Assembly: GCA_037379345.1 (NCBI GenBank)
Contig: CM074515.1
Coordinates: 49,481,743 to 49,545,742, forward strand
Length of the DNA stretch: 64,000 nt
Source of the DNA: Perna viridis
Lineage: Eukaryota
Direction: 5' to 3'
Under the pieces are notes generated by a model. The model did not search any database and was not told the DNA's origin. It saw only the letters and a program-made list of their open reading frames with translations. Below, piece by piece: positions 40,351 to 53,574 of this stretch; position 1 is the first letter of the stretch; the number at the start of each line of letters is the position of its first letter. The position numbers and the translations under genes are program-made.

Positions 40351-40416
40351 TCATTCTAGACTTTTTGAAACTTAAAGAAACCATCATTCTAGACTTTTTG
40401 AAACTTAAAGAAACCA
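40351..40416. repeat. Perfect 33-bp tandem duplication
   Basis: TCATTCTAGACTTTTTGAAACTTAAAGAAACCA x2. Confidence 0.9.
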
Positions 40417-41344
40417 CACATAAAATGGAATTCATACACAATCTACTTGCAATTTATTCAAAACTAAACATGTATTGTGACAGCGTTTTGTCTCCATTAA
40501 AATAAGTATTTATGTAATGCATTTATAATGTGTTATGTACGAAATTAACACAAGACCTTTAATTGAACAAGTATTGACGTTAAATTTACATGGGTTGTCA
40601 GATGTACTTCACTGCTTGCATTGTTAATAATTGTTAATGTTAGAGGATGAAATACTGAAGATCTTTAAATTTGTGCACTTTCAGGAAAAAAAATCACATT
40701 AACCAGAAATCAAAAAAGAAAAAAAAAATTTAAAAACAAAACAATTTTATTTTAATCTCAGTATCAAGTCCATCTTTCTAGGGTCAGTATGTTTTATGAT
40801 ATTTATGGCAGCTGACGCAATCACGACTGGTAGACTTGATCCCTTATGGAAAGAAATCATTCATTAACACAAAACTCTGTTGACAGGCGCTAGACAACAT
40901 CATTAAATATACATGTATGGCTACAACGACAAATTTTTTAACAAATTACAAGAAATGTTTTGGTATGCCTTTTAATCTTATGGGACAAATATAATAGGAG
41001 AAAAGTCGTCTGCGAGATGATTAAATTCTATATTATAGAACCTTCATCATAAAGGCCTATACAATTGACAATTGTTCTCTGTAATCTCATCTCAATAATT
41101 AGACGGGATTAGACATGGTACAGTCTCCCGGCATTAGAAGTAGGAATAAATTACATGACACAGTACCTCCATACTAATCAATATACGTGGTCAATGTTGT
41201 CAGTGGAACCTGGGAAAGCTGAACTATGAATAAATCTGTCTATACTGAACCCTTAATAATGCAGAAACCTGCCTAAACCAAACCCTGAATAAATTTAATG
41301 TATGTTTCTGAAAACTTTTTTAATCATTTGTACCTCCCTTAAGA

Positions 41345-42310
41345 GATTCAAATTTTTAGGCCTAAAATGAAATCAGATTGGGTAAGTCTACCAGAATTTT
41401 GATGCAATTTTTTTTTTTCATAAAACAAAAGCACAGATTCAAACCTTAAGACCTTAAAGAGTTCAGATTAGACCAGTTTGCCAGAATTCTGATTCAAATT
41501 TTTAGACCTTAAATAAGTTCAGATGGGCCAAGTTTGCCAGAATTCTGATTAAAATCTTTAGAACAAAAACGAGTTTAGATCGGACAATTTTGTCAGAATT
41601 CTTATTAAATTTTTAGAGGTAAATAATTTATAATTGGACAAGTCTGTCAGAATTCAGATTAAATTTTTAGAGGTAAATAATTTATAATTGGACAAGTCTG
41701 TCAGAATTCAGATTAAATTTTAAGAGGTAAATAATTTATAATTGGACAAGTTTGTCAGAATTCAGATTAAATTTTAGAGGTAAATAATTTTTAATTGGAC
41801 AAGTTTTTCAGAATTCATATTCAAATCTGCAAACCTAAAATGAGTTCAGATTGGACCAGTTTGCAGGAATTCTGATTCAAATCTTTAGACCTAAAATGAG
41901 AATTATAATTCAAACCTTTAGACCTAAAGTGAGTTCAGACTGGACCAGTCTGCAGGAATTCTGATTTAAATCTTTAGACCTAAAATGAGAATTATAATTC
42001 AAAACTTTAGACCTAAATTGAGTTCAGATTGGACCCATTGCCGGAATTCTGATTCAAATCTTTAGACCTAAAATGATAATTATAATTCAAACCTTTAGAC
42101 CTAAATTGAGTTCAGATTGGACCAGCTTGACAGAATTCTTATTCAAATTGTTAGTCCTTAAATGAGTTCATATTTGACTAGTTTATCAGAATTTCGACCT
42201 AGAACAAGTTCAGATTGGACCAATTTATTAGAATTCTGATTCAAATCTTAAGAATGAAAAGAGGTAAGATTGGACCAATTCACCAGAATTCTGATTTAAA
42301 GAGTTCAGAT
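41345..42310. repeat. Degenerate ~55-bp tandem array with sub-variants, following a MITE-like left end at 41201
   Basis: Recurring GAGTTCAGATTGGAC(A/C)AGTTTG.CAGAATTCTGATTCAAAT.TTTAGACCTAAA; preceded by CAGTGGAACCTG (41201) and AAACCTGCCTAAACC (41265). Confidence 0.85.
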
Positions 42311-44505
42311 TCTACTTTGTTTTCCTTATTGATGATGTTCATATTAAGATTTTTACAACTGAAAGAGATCAAACAGTAATAATTTAATTTGTAACAAGCT
42401 TTCTGATTGATTCTCTTTGGGCAAACAAGGTAATATTAACCTGATTTGATACTGTGATGTCATGAATGCTCGACAACTGCAGCAAACCAGGTTTTCTAAA
42501 ACCTGTTCAAAAATTAGAAACAGTCTTAATATAAACGTAAGTTTTCTTATTTGAATTATAAATGAAGCAATTGACATTTATACTAGCAATACATGGCTGA
42601 TTTCTACCTAGTTATATATCAGTGATTCAATGGATTAGTGCACTAATGGATGTAACATCTGTTCATATGTACATCTATAAGTGCAATAATGATAAGTAAC
42701 TGGTAAATGTGGCTAGTTTCTCAAATTCATTATATATTTTAGTTTGTTAAATTTCTTGCAGATAATATATTTTATAAAAAGGTGCTAGTTGGCGGCAAAC
42801 ATCTCTCTCAACAAATTATTACTCCTATTCAATCTCTTTAAATTTTTTTTCAGCTTCATTTTTTCCTTCCAACATTCAATATAAAATACTTAATGCATCT
42901 AACCCAATAGACGTCATTTTTACTTATTTCTGGCATACAATTTTTTAAAATAAAACAACATATGCACAAAACCTTACTTAAATCCTATACTTATTCTTAA
43001 ATAGAGTCTTGTTGCTGATTTATTCATCTTATTTTTACAACTCCAGAGAAGTTTGCATTGCAAATCAAATATTTCTGGTTGAAATACAAATTCAACTTAC
43101 ATAAAAAAAAAAATCACAAATTTATAGTTGAGTTACCTCCCTTTCACCATGATGGTATTTATGAACAAAAGTTTTATAAAATCTCACACCTTAATCATTC
43201 CGATATTTTTAGCCTCTCCAGGCATTAATGTTGTTTTTTTTTATTCCAAAACAGTATTATAGGTCCATTTGGACACTGTTTAGAGTTACTATTCTAAGAA
43301 TCCAGTTTCTTGTCACAAGGCGAGTGCAAGTTCAGTATAAGATAGTTATTTACTCCATCATTTAAGTTTTCATTTTGGGTTCCTATGGAAACTTAAAATT
43401 TTCATAAAACCTTAAACATGGGTTGATGAACCTAGAGTTGCATACAGTCCCTAATTTTACCATATAATTGATAGGTTTTAAAATGCAGTTTTCTTACTTT
43501 CATTTCTTTTTTCCTTTGTCTTTGTTTTTAATGATCTTCATACAGTATCCATCCTGTAATCAAAAATAACAGCTAAAAAACATATTAATCTAATCTAGGT
43601 ATTAAGATCAAAAGTTGAGTATTCAAATGATGCCATGATTGTAATCATGGTGTCAAATTTGAGAACTAAAAAAAAAAAACAGAAGGACTGTACCCAACAG
43701 ACCTTAAATCATTGATGAAGTGTTTCAGACATAAATAAATCAATTTCAGACTGTCCCCTAATATTTGACTGTTATGACATGTATGGGAATGGAACACATA
43801 GTACTGACTGTATACTAAATCTCAAATCATTCCCATGAAGTTTCCTAAGTTTTTGCCAACAAATATTAATGAGATTGACATTTACATACAGACAATAGTA
43901 AAAATAAATGCCCATAATTCAACAAGACAAGGGCATGAAAAAGTCAGTATGAAAAGCAAGCAAACTGTAACGAAATGTAAATAAAACACAGAATTTTTTT
44001 TTCCATTTTCCAAAACAAAAACAAATTATCTTCAAGTTTTACTTGTGGTGAAATCATTCAATACTTAGTACAAACCAACAAAACAGAAAAAGATTCACAA
44101 CTAAAGGTACTAATGTCCCCATTGTGTCAGACTACAATAAAGTCAAGGACTATAGTCTTCTTATTAATCAGTCACAAACCAGGAATAAATTATTCACAGA
44201 CACTTCCTATATTTTTACAAATGTCTGATGGAACTTTTTTTTTGTCTGGAAGGACTATCACTGGAAAAGACACCAGATTTATAATTTTAAAAGTTCATGT
44301 GAAAAGCTATTGGTAGTTATCTAAAAGGCCTCATTAAAATATTCCTGTGTTTCAACTAACATGCCAAAAAAGTTGGTCAGTTAGTCTGTCTTACCTAGTT
44401 TATACTTCCATCGATTTCTGACTTTTCATGAATAGAAACAAAAAAAACAGAGAAGTCCCAAAAAATAAGGATTAGTCTTTTAAGTAAAAACATATTCATA
44501 TCAGT

Positions 44506-44632
44506 CCAAACTTGGAAAAAACTAGGATCAGTCAGATAAGTGAAAACAGATTTATATATGGCCAAACTTAGAAAAAACTAGGATCGGTCAGATAAGTGAA
44601 AACAGATTTATATCAGGCCAAACTTAGAAAAA
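44506..44632. repeat. 56-bp tandem duplication (~2.3 copies)
   Basis: CCAAACTT.GAAAAA recurs at 44506, 44562 and 44618. Confidence 0.9.
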
Positions 44633-45910
44633 GGCAAGAACTATGTTTTTCTTTACACTGAATAATGCTGCAGATATAAACTGTAATTTTGCGTGATTCT
44701 CATTTTAATGTAATTGATTTTTTAAAGTTTAATCATTAGTTACTACCATGTGTTTAGTCATCAACTTTATCATCCCCAAATAGTAGGAATTTTTGATTTA
44801 TTATTTAAGGATATTACACTATTGTCAACGATTCACCAAAAATATAAATTTTCCTGGAAGTTTTTTCTTAAGTCTAATTGTATGCCATCACCTTTCCATA
44901 TAATAAAAAAAAAAAAAACATAAAATTTGCCATACTTTTTTCTTTTCTTAAATATTGAAGTTTAATATCTACTACAAGGTAAACTTGTTATTTAAAGGAA
45001 AAAAAAAAGAATATTTCCTGTTAGAATTTTCCAGCCCTTATTCCAAGAAATGAGAAAGATGTCATTCTATTTAGAAGTCAGTAAAAACAAAGAATCTTTT
45101 ATAATGCTTAATATTTAAGATTTTTCTGAGTTCTTACTAACTGAAATTTTCTTTTGCAGAGAAGCTTCATCAAGTTCTTTCATTCTTGTTCTTCACCAAA
45201 TTGTTGCCTGACTAATTAGATCCCAGATACTGTGATTACTTTACAAAACCTAAAACAAATGATTCAAATGATGGATACCAATATGTGGTAATAGATAAAA
45301 GTATAAGCTTTCTTTATAATGTAATATCATTAAAGCAAATTTATCCTCTTCTGTTTGCATATGTTAAGTTGAACACTTTCTTAAACAATTAAGATTAAAT
45401 TTGAGACAGATTTATAAAAAGATGCTAGAAATCTTTCCAAAAAAATATGATTTTCACAGTTAATGTGAGAATTCTCATGTTTGCCCAAATCTCATTTATG
45501 GCAGTTGAAATCCCTTATTTCATTATTCTGTTATTTTATCGCCGCGGCAATATATGTTAGACTTATCACGGTTAGGAAATATATAGAGTTACGGTTATTT
45601 ACATAAATTGAATTCTGGGACATCACCAAACATCCGGAATGGTGGTATGTGACTAATTAATACTTTCGCAATATTTACGGTACTTTTTAATGTACAAAAT
45701 TCTAACTGGCAAAAATTTTCACGATTGATGAGTTTCATGTCAACCAAGTAACAAATCCATACTCTCATATTGGTGCAGTAGAAAACAAAGGGGAATAACT
45801 CTAAATTATCATTTCTCAAACATAAAATACTGTGGAAATCAAAATGTCCCTATATTCTGGCAGGACGTCTTTCAATCATGCATTAATTTGACAAGAAAAA
45901 TTAAAATTAC

Positions 45911-46350
45911 CTATAAACTGTACAATTGATATTCTTTCTGTGTACTGTTTGATGTAAACTTCTTCGACAGACAGCTATGCAAGAACAAATTCTGTATAGT
46001 TGATTCTACTCCGCGGCCAGTCTACTCCGCGGCCATTTTACACTGCAGCAAGCATAGTGATGACGTCCAATCCGCAGCGCGCATAGTGATGACATCAAAT
46101 CTGCAGCGAGCATAATAAGGGTTTTTGTTTAGATGACTCAATTCTGCAGCCAGTATAGCAAGGAGTAAATCTGTAAAATGACTTCCTTCTGCGGCCAACA
46201 AATAAATGTTGATTTCAAATAAGACGACTGCATTCTGCGGCCAGTATAGCAAGAACGACTCCTGCAAAGTTAACTCCATTCCGCGGCCAGCTTGACAAAG
46301 ATAGTTTCTGCAATACTGATTCTATTTCGAAGACAGTGAATGGAAGATTT
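45911..46350 (-). other. Candidate 440-nt internal exon built on a degenerate CpG-rich repeat; contains the 85-codon ORF 46279-46022
   Basis: Acceptor gctgattatttggttattttttcag| (branch-like CTGAT) at 46351; donor TAG|gtaatt at 45910; repeated (C/T)GCGGCCAG motif inside. Confidence 0.45.
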
Positions 46351-46479
46351 CTGAAAAAATAACCAAATAATCAGCATCTTTAACAAACAAATAGTATATA
46401 AAATGTAGAGGAAGTCTCCATTTGATGCTTGCTTCTTGCTGTGCTTTCCAAATTAAAATTAAATTTAAGTTCAGAAGTA

Positions 46480-49400
46480 CACAACGTGCGCGGACAGCAC
46501 ATGCGCATGCGTGAAGTCCATGAAATCGTGACGGTCAACCCTTAACTTCCAATTTAAGACATCATCCTGTACAATAATTATTCAAAGCCTTAACACTTGA
46601 CGGCAGACATATGCGCATGCGTAAATGACCCCTGTACATAATTTCCAGACATAAGTTATTTTGTACATTTTTCAAGAGGGAAAGTTTATCAGTGCACCAA
46701 TACTTGAGTTGTTTAAAAATTTTCAAATATAGTCTTCGTATTTTAACTACAATTTGAAACTTGAAAGCAAAGATTTCTACAGGTACAAATCTTTATTGTT
46801 GTACAGCTAAGTAAGTAAAAACTACCTTTCAATTCAAATGTGCAAGTTTCTCAATCTTTTGGTTAAAATTCAAAACCATTTTGAAAATACAAAATCCTTA
46901 ATAGTTTACAAATATCCTTTCAAATAAGAATACAAGACACTAATGTGCCTTAGTTTAGAACACGATAACATCCACAAAATTTCAAATTCAAAATTTTGTA
47001 ATTTCAAAGAAGAAAAATGTTTCAAAATTATACAGAAAATCATGCGGCCGCGTGATGTCCGCCTGAAACTGAAACACAAGAGCTTAAGGGTACATACCGC
47101 ATGTCCGTGATCTACAACAGGCGTTCCCCAAACGCCATCCCAGACAAAACAGTGCGATATCTTAAGATGACGCGAAAGATGTTAACCTTAAGCAGAAGTG
47201 CGCAGGCGTGCATGTCGGCAAAAGCATTTTTTGAAGGAAGAAATTTCAAACTGAGAAAAATTTTCAATCCATAAGAATTTCAGTAGTTTGAACTTGAAGA
47301 CTGAGAAGTCCAAAGTAAAAAGAAAAAATGCAACTAACATTATACTTACATTCAAAAGTTCAAAGAAAATCGAGCTGAATGCGCAGACGCGTCACCTCTG
47401 TTCAAGAATTTGTCCACCCCATTTTTAGAATTTTAAAGAAATATTCATAGAAATCCATACAAAATTTAGGAAACAAAAATACCATCCAATTATTAAGTTG
47501 TTATTAATATCCATGCCACCTGTATAAGGTCATATGCATCCCATCTTAAGTCAATAGCCCAAGAAGTTACAACTCGAGACACAAGATGTTAAGCCATGTC
47601 TGGAAAACGTGTCTTTGCATAAAGCGCATGCGTACTTGTAACAAACATCTTCTACCAATGCAATGGAATGCACAAATTTTGAAAATAAAAAAAAATTGTC
47701 TGTGTGCAAGTAAATTAATTCAGTGACGCTATATACGGTGCATGCGCATTGCCCTTTTTGACCTTTCAAAAAAAAAAAAAATCATCTTAAAAATCTAAGA
47801 AATGTATACTTTCATGTAGTAAGTTCTTAAAAAAAAAAATTCTCCTACATAGATAAAAAAAAAAACAGAAATATTTCAAAACTTCTACTATCTGAATGAA
47901 CCTCTTAGTTTTTAAAAGGAATAACAGGGCGTCATGAACGAAATCGAGACTTTCATCATCCGCCATTATTGTCTCAATACCTATCACATCGCAAATGTAT
48001 TTTCAAAAATCCTTAAAAAAACATTATGTTTTAAAAATTATGTATAAAATACAAGTTCTTACTAACCACATGTATTAACTATTCCAAACTCCTTTTCAGT
48101 AAAGACAATTGAGAAAACAACACATGCCATGACCATGAAACTTCTCTTTCCAGACAACCAAGATGGCGACCGATGGTGACTACCGCCAGAATGAATGTGA
48201 CCTTTGGCGGGAAACTTGCAACAATGCGATGGATCTTCACTCTAATCTTAACCTAAAAAGAGAAGAAACAAGTTCTAAGAATAACAGGTTCTGTGAAATT
48301 TTTTTTAAAATTCAGCCATGTTGAATACAGGGTGAAAAATCGCTATGCCACGAGGACTCAAACAAGAGTCAGGTGAATTAGGGCAGAACATTTTGATTTG
48401 TCAAAATGAATTATAATAATACTTAAAAACATGTTCTACTATAATCCATGCAAACAATCAAGACAGAAACAAAAACGTGCAGTACTAACAAGCAACCATG
48501 ATGAATTTTTAAAATGCTCCCATGACATACCTAGTGACGTATTTTAAACTACAGTCTGAATACTCTTTTCATCGGGTCGATTCAAAGACATGTTTTGTCT
48601 GTCTGGTTTAAAAATAGTTCAAGAACATGTAGAATATTTACCTATCCTTGTGCATTAACGATACACTTCAGCGCCCACCAATGTGCATTTAATATGTGCA
48701 ATCAAATACAGATGATGGTGCACTTCCATTGGGGGAACAAATACAACATGTCTCCTTCAACACATACAATTAGTTATGCAGTTCACACTGATAATGGCAC
48801 AAATACATCCATATACGTGTTTCAATTAACATAGTAAATCCTTATGAAAATGACACAAAAACAGCTCTGTAAGACACAAAAGCATATCAAAAATCTATGG
48901 TCATCAAGCAGACCTTCGAAAAAACTCTCCAGTTCTTTCCCGCCTACTGCTTTTGCGCCAATATTATTGGGTTGTGGCATGACACACAAAATTTATCTCC
49001 TTGATATATATACCTAAATTTGTGATGCACACAGTGCAAATACAGATGCATAAGATGCAGAAAGGCGCATGCGCTTTCATAATCACTCTACAGAATTTTA
49101 AATTTCACTCTGTCTTCCACTTTAAATAGTAAAAAACACCTAGAATTACCATTTAACTCTTACGTCAGCAAAAAATATCCAGCACAAACTTTATTCAAGC
49201 ACACACCATCATACATTTTTGTCCGCCATATTGCTTTCTTTCCCTCACATGTTCTAATGCTTCAGTATCAAATTTTCTCATTGGTCCTTTTTTTTTTAAC
49301 ATATCATTAAAATAACATGGGAAAACAACCCTTATTTTTAAAGGCAAATTTCAATAGAAATTCTTAGAATTTCAGCAAAATGGCTTCTACTTATACATAC

Positions 49401-50420
49401 AGACATACATTACGCCTCATGTTCAGTACATACATTTACTAAAGTAAGCAAGTTTTAAAATACACAACAGTCCATGTTAAGAGTCCTATTGAATGACACA
49501 TTTTGCATTTAAACATATCGTTGAGCATGTTAATGCATCACTAAACTTTATGTTAAGGAAAGAAAAGACCAACCTAAATGCACTTGATATATTTCCTCAA
49601 CTTTCACAGGTTGCATGCATGAAGGGGAAACGACTCTTACCAGCTTAGAGAGGAGACCGCCATTAAAACTAAGTAGGGCGGGCTAACAAGCAAGTAAAAA
49701 GAGAAGGTATGATGTCATTAGATTAGACTGTGTCTGGTTTGTATGTAAAATAGATGAGGAACAGTACAAAGACACACCTCGTTAATCACACAATGTACAA
49801 AATCTGCCATTAGTGAGTCAAACATGGTAGGTAGAGAAATAATCAATATTATAAATGTAGACATCTAAGATCAAGACAACACAAAGGCTATACATGAAAC
49901 ATTGAATATAAAAATACCCTACCCTCTGCCTGGCCTCTATACTTGACATGTTTAAAAAGAAATAAAGTAGGTGCATTAAAATGCTGTCTCGTCACACTAT
50001 TACACAGTGGTGCATACACACAAGTCCCGCCAGAACAAATCTCAGGTCATCATGCACAGCAAATAAAGGATTTTAAATCCATCATTTCTATTGGAGGTTA
50101 AAAATGAGGCGACACACCCATACTGGATAAATACCACCATTGGTTCGTTGATATAACATGCAGCAGAATAGATAAAAATTATACTTGCCGTCAAATCATA
50201 CTTAGGTGATATGCACTAATCCTGATAGTTATTTTCCAGCTGAGGATAGAGGCGACCTTACAAATCTAAGATGTGAAAAATCTGCGCACACTATCACAAA
50301 CTACAGAATACAGGAATCTGATTTGAGCTTACTGACCTTCTTGATAAAAGAGTTCATATCCAAGGGTGATTTTTTATGCAGCTTGTATTTTTGGCGGGAA
50401 TTATTTTGGCGCGAAACTTG
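46480..50420 (-). promoter_or_regulatory. CpG-enriched promoter cluster with multiple NRF1-, YY1-, E2F-, GC-box- and CCAAT-type motifs
   Basis: GCGCA(T/G)GCG or its reverse complement CATGCGCA near 46502, 46612, 47199, 47624, 47738, 49065; CAAGATGGCG 48159; CCGCCAT 47960, 49223, 49657; TTTGGCGGGAA 48203, 50390; TTTCCCGCC 48936; TTTGGCGCGAAA 50405. I did not notice these motifs clustered elsewhere in the window. Confidence 0.7.
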
Positions 50421-52129
50421 AAACGTAAGTTTTATGAAATTCTAAAAATTAATTTCATGGATTTGTTTCCAGAAGTGATTATTTTGTATATATTTTCTTT
50501 TATGGAATACATGAATTAATTACCAACCAGAAGACAATGGTCATCCAGTATGGTATTCTAGAATAAAAATTATTTCCTTTTGATATTTTTTATTTTATTA
50601 GATTCTAGACACAAAAATAGTTTCTGTTCCATTCTGCTTTTTTTCTTTTTAAATCTATCAAAACAAAATATACAGGAAAAACTGACATCATTTCCATTAG
50701 TTCATTTTTTATTGCAATTACTTTTTCCCTACTTAATGTATGTTAATTAAGTTTTCAAAAACAAGAGTTTTGAAAAAAAATCTTATAGTTGAATTTCAGA
50801 ATTCAAAATCATCTTTTCCAAGCTGTCCTCGGAAAATAAAGATATATTTTTGAAGATGGTTATACCAATTCTTTAAAGTATTATGTTAAGAAATGCACAA
50901 TCTCTATAGAAAAAAGAACACTAAAAACAGCTGAAATAAGCCAATTAGCTAAATAACAATCACTACACAAACACATCCATCATTTAATTCAGAAATAATA
51001 TGAGTTATTTGCTGGAATTAATTTTCTATCATTAGTCATAAACTTGGTTAGATACTAAAGTATTCAGACCTCAAGCTGTCTGAAAAAAAATCACTCCCTT
51101 TGTGGGACACCCATTTTATTATTCAGCAATTCACATAGCAATCTTGTGTAATCTAAGTCAGCTTGACCTTGGAAACAGGTCACGTTTTTGTCTGGGAACA
51201 TTTTTTAACAAACAGTTGGAATGAAGACAGGTGAATTAGAAAACTCATTATTCATATGTAACAAACCCTGATTAAACTGGCTTTAAATCTTATAAAGGAT
51301 CTTTCAATGTTAAGCTAAATTTTATGTTTGCTAAATCAACATTTTTATGGAAAGTATTTGAAATTTGAAAAATATTTACCTGTAATAGAGAGAATTCAAT
51401 GAAATTTATGTCAATTTGAAAATATAAAAAGCTGCACTCACAAAGAAACTACATTTATCAAGAAAGTTTATCTGAATGTCTTGTTTTGGGTAAGCTTTTG
51501 GGGAAATATTAAATAGCAAACTGGTCCAACTGAATTCAAATTAGAAGTCCAACTGAACATTTTGAAGTTCTTCAAAAAATTAAAACAAGTATTATATTAA
51601 AACTGTGAGCAATGTGCACAAATTTTTTAAACATACTCAGTATTTAATGGTTCACTATGTGATTTGGATAAAAAATGAAAATAGGAGGTGCAGAATATGT
51701 AATAAAGTTTATGTAAAATAACTCATGTTAAAAATTACAAAAAATATATTCACTGAAAATCGCAATTCATATTCCGGTTTTATACTGACAATAAAGGAGC
51801 CAATATAATCAGTAAAAATAGTCTTCTTATATACTTCAGATTTATACTATGGATTAAAAAAAAAGAATATCACCATAGTTGCGCTCCTCTGTAGTACTTA
51901 AAACTAGACATTCTAGCATTTCAAAATGAAAACGAAGTCATTATTGTCCTATATAATATATAACAATGTGTTTTGTAGTAAGATCAGTGTTGATAAATGA
52001 TACAGAAACACTGCCTTAATAGGGACTTAAATACAACTAAACTTCTGTATAAAAATAGACAAATCACAATTTTAACAGTAAAAACAAAACTTGACAAAAC
52101 ATGAACATTAACTTAATTTCCTAAGTAGG

Positions 52130-52440
52130 ACAAGAACTCACAAATCCCAAACAGCTGCCTCAATTCAAGTAAGTGCAAGAACTGACAAGTCCCACCAATT
52201 CATAAATAGTACAAGAACTGACAAGTCCCACTAATTCATAAATAGTACAAGAACTGACAAGTCCCACCAATTCATAAATAGTACAAGAACTGACAAGTCC
52301 CACCAATTCATAAATAGTACAATAACTGAAAAGTCCCACCAATTCATAAATAGTACAGGAACTGAAAAGTCCCAAACATTCCCTAAATTCAAAAATAGTT
52401 TGTGCAAAGACTGACAAGTCCCACACTGCCTCAAATTCAA
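52130..52440. repeat. 36-bp minisatellite
   Basis: Unit CAAGAACTGACAAGTCCCACCAATTCATAAATAGTA; explains the repetitive ORFs 52160-52492 and 52231-52440. Confidence 0.95.
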
Positions 52441-52950
52441 AAACAGTGGGAATATGCATTAATAGACCCATAACATGTTTGGAACTGTGCATTTGTCGAT
52501 GTCATATTTATGCTGACACAAATATTTTCAATATATGTAATAACACTAAGTAAAAAAAATATTGTGTGGGTAACAAATTACATTTTTGTATTTATGAAAG
52601 TATAAACTACTGAAAAAAAAGACAAAACAAAAAATTGACATCTTCAATACATTTATAACACTAAGCAAAGTTTAGATAATGTCGGTTCTAAACTTTAAGA
52701 TACAAATTACAAAAAGTAGGTACCCTCAACATGATGAAAAAAAGCCAAGTTCAAAATGGTAAAAACAAAGGGAAAAGTTCATAAAATATTGCACAGGTTC
52801 AATATGTATATAAATACTGTGCAAAGTTTGAATATTATTGGTTCAATACTTTTTAAGTTACATATTACAGAAGGTGCTCCCCCTAAGCCAGATGGACAAA
52901 GTTGAATGTCTACCAGACCTGCTTTCACTGTTAGTTTCACTGCAGGTAAA

Positions 52951-53140
52951 AATGAAAGCAAGCTTTGTTCTCTAAATCAACACAACTTAAAAAGATGATT
53001 ATTTTTTTTTTATTTCTGGTACTACCTTTGGACATTCTGATAGACAGGAAGATGAATGTCCAAATGTATTACTGCAACTAAAAACTTAATCATCTCTTTA
53101 AGTTGTTTTGATTTAGAGAACAAAGCTTGCTAATTTCATT
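52951..53140. repeat. 190-bp foldback (long inverted repeat), probably a palindromic MITE
   Basis: GCAAGCTTTGTTCTCTAAATCAACACAACTTAAAAAGATGATTA...TTTGGACATTC, a 16-nt loop, then GAATGTCCAAA...TAATCATCTCTTTAAGTTGTTTTGATTTAGAGAACAAAGCTTGC. Confidence 0.85.
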
Positions 53141-53574
53141 AGGATTGGAGGAGGGGGGCTTATTTACTGATAAACATCATATAAATGCAATAAACAATAA
53201 TATAAAACTTGGGTGCTTTCCATTATGTAGTTAATTCCAGACAAACCACAGATTTGTGTTCAAATATTTATCTCAGATGACAAAACCAGAAGTAGAATTC
53301 ATGGAAGTTTGTACCAGTTTAAGGTTCATCATTACCTTTCCACAAATATAGCCTCAATTTCACAACTTATTTCCCTCTGACTACAGGCCAACCTGTGTAT
53401 CTAGAAAATTTTAAGGCATAGCATCCCTTAGATATGAAAAATTACATCAAGTTTAAGTAAAATTATATCAAAAAATGACCTGACTTTTGCAGGGTTATTT
53501 TTTTCAATTCTAAAGAGAGAGCAAAAATAAACAAACACCTGAGATTCACTTGGTCCACTCATTTACACAGTGTA

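Noticed and set aside
52160-52492. 110-aa repetitive ORF (ELVGLVSSCTIY)n
   Set aside because: By-product of a 36-bp minisatellite; no splice or promoter support.
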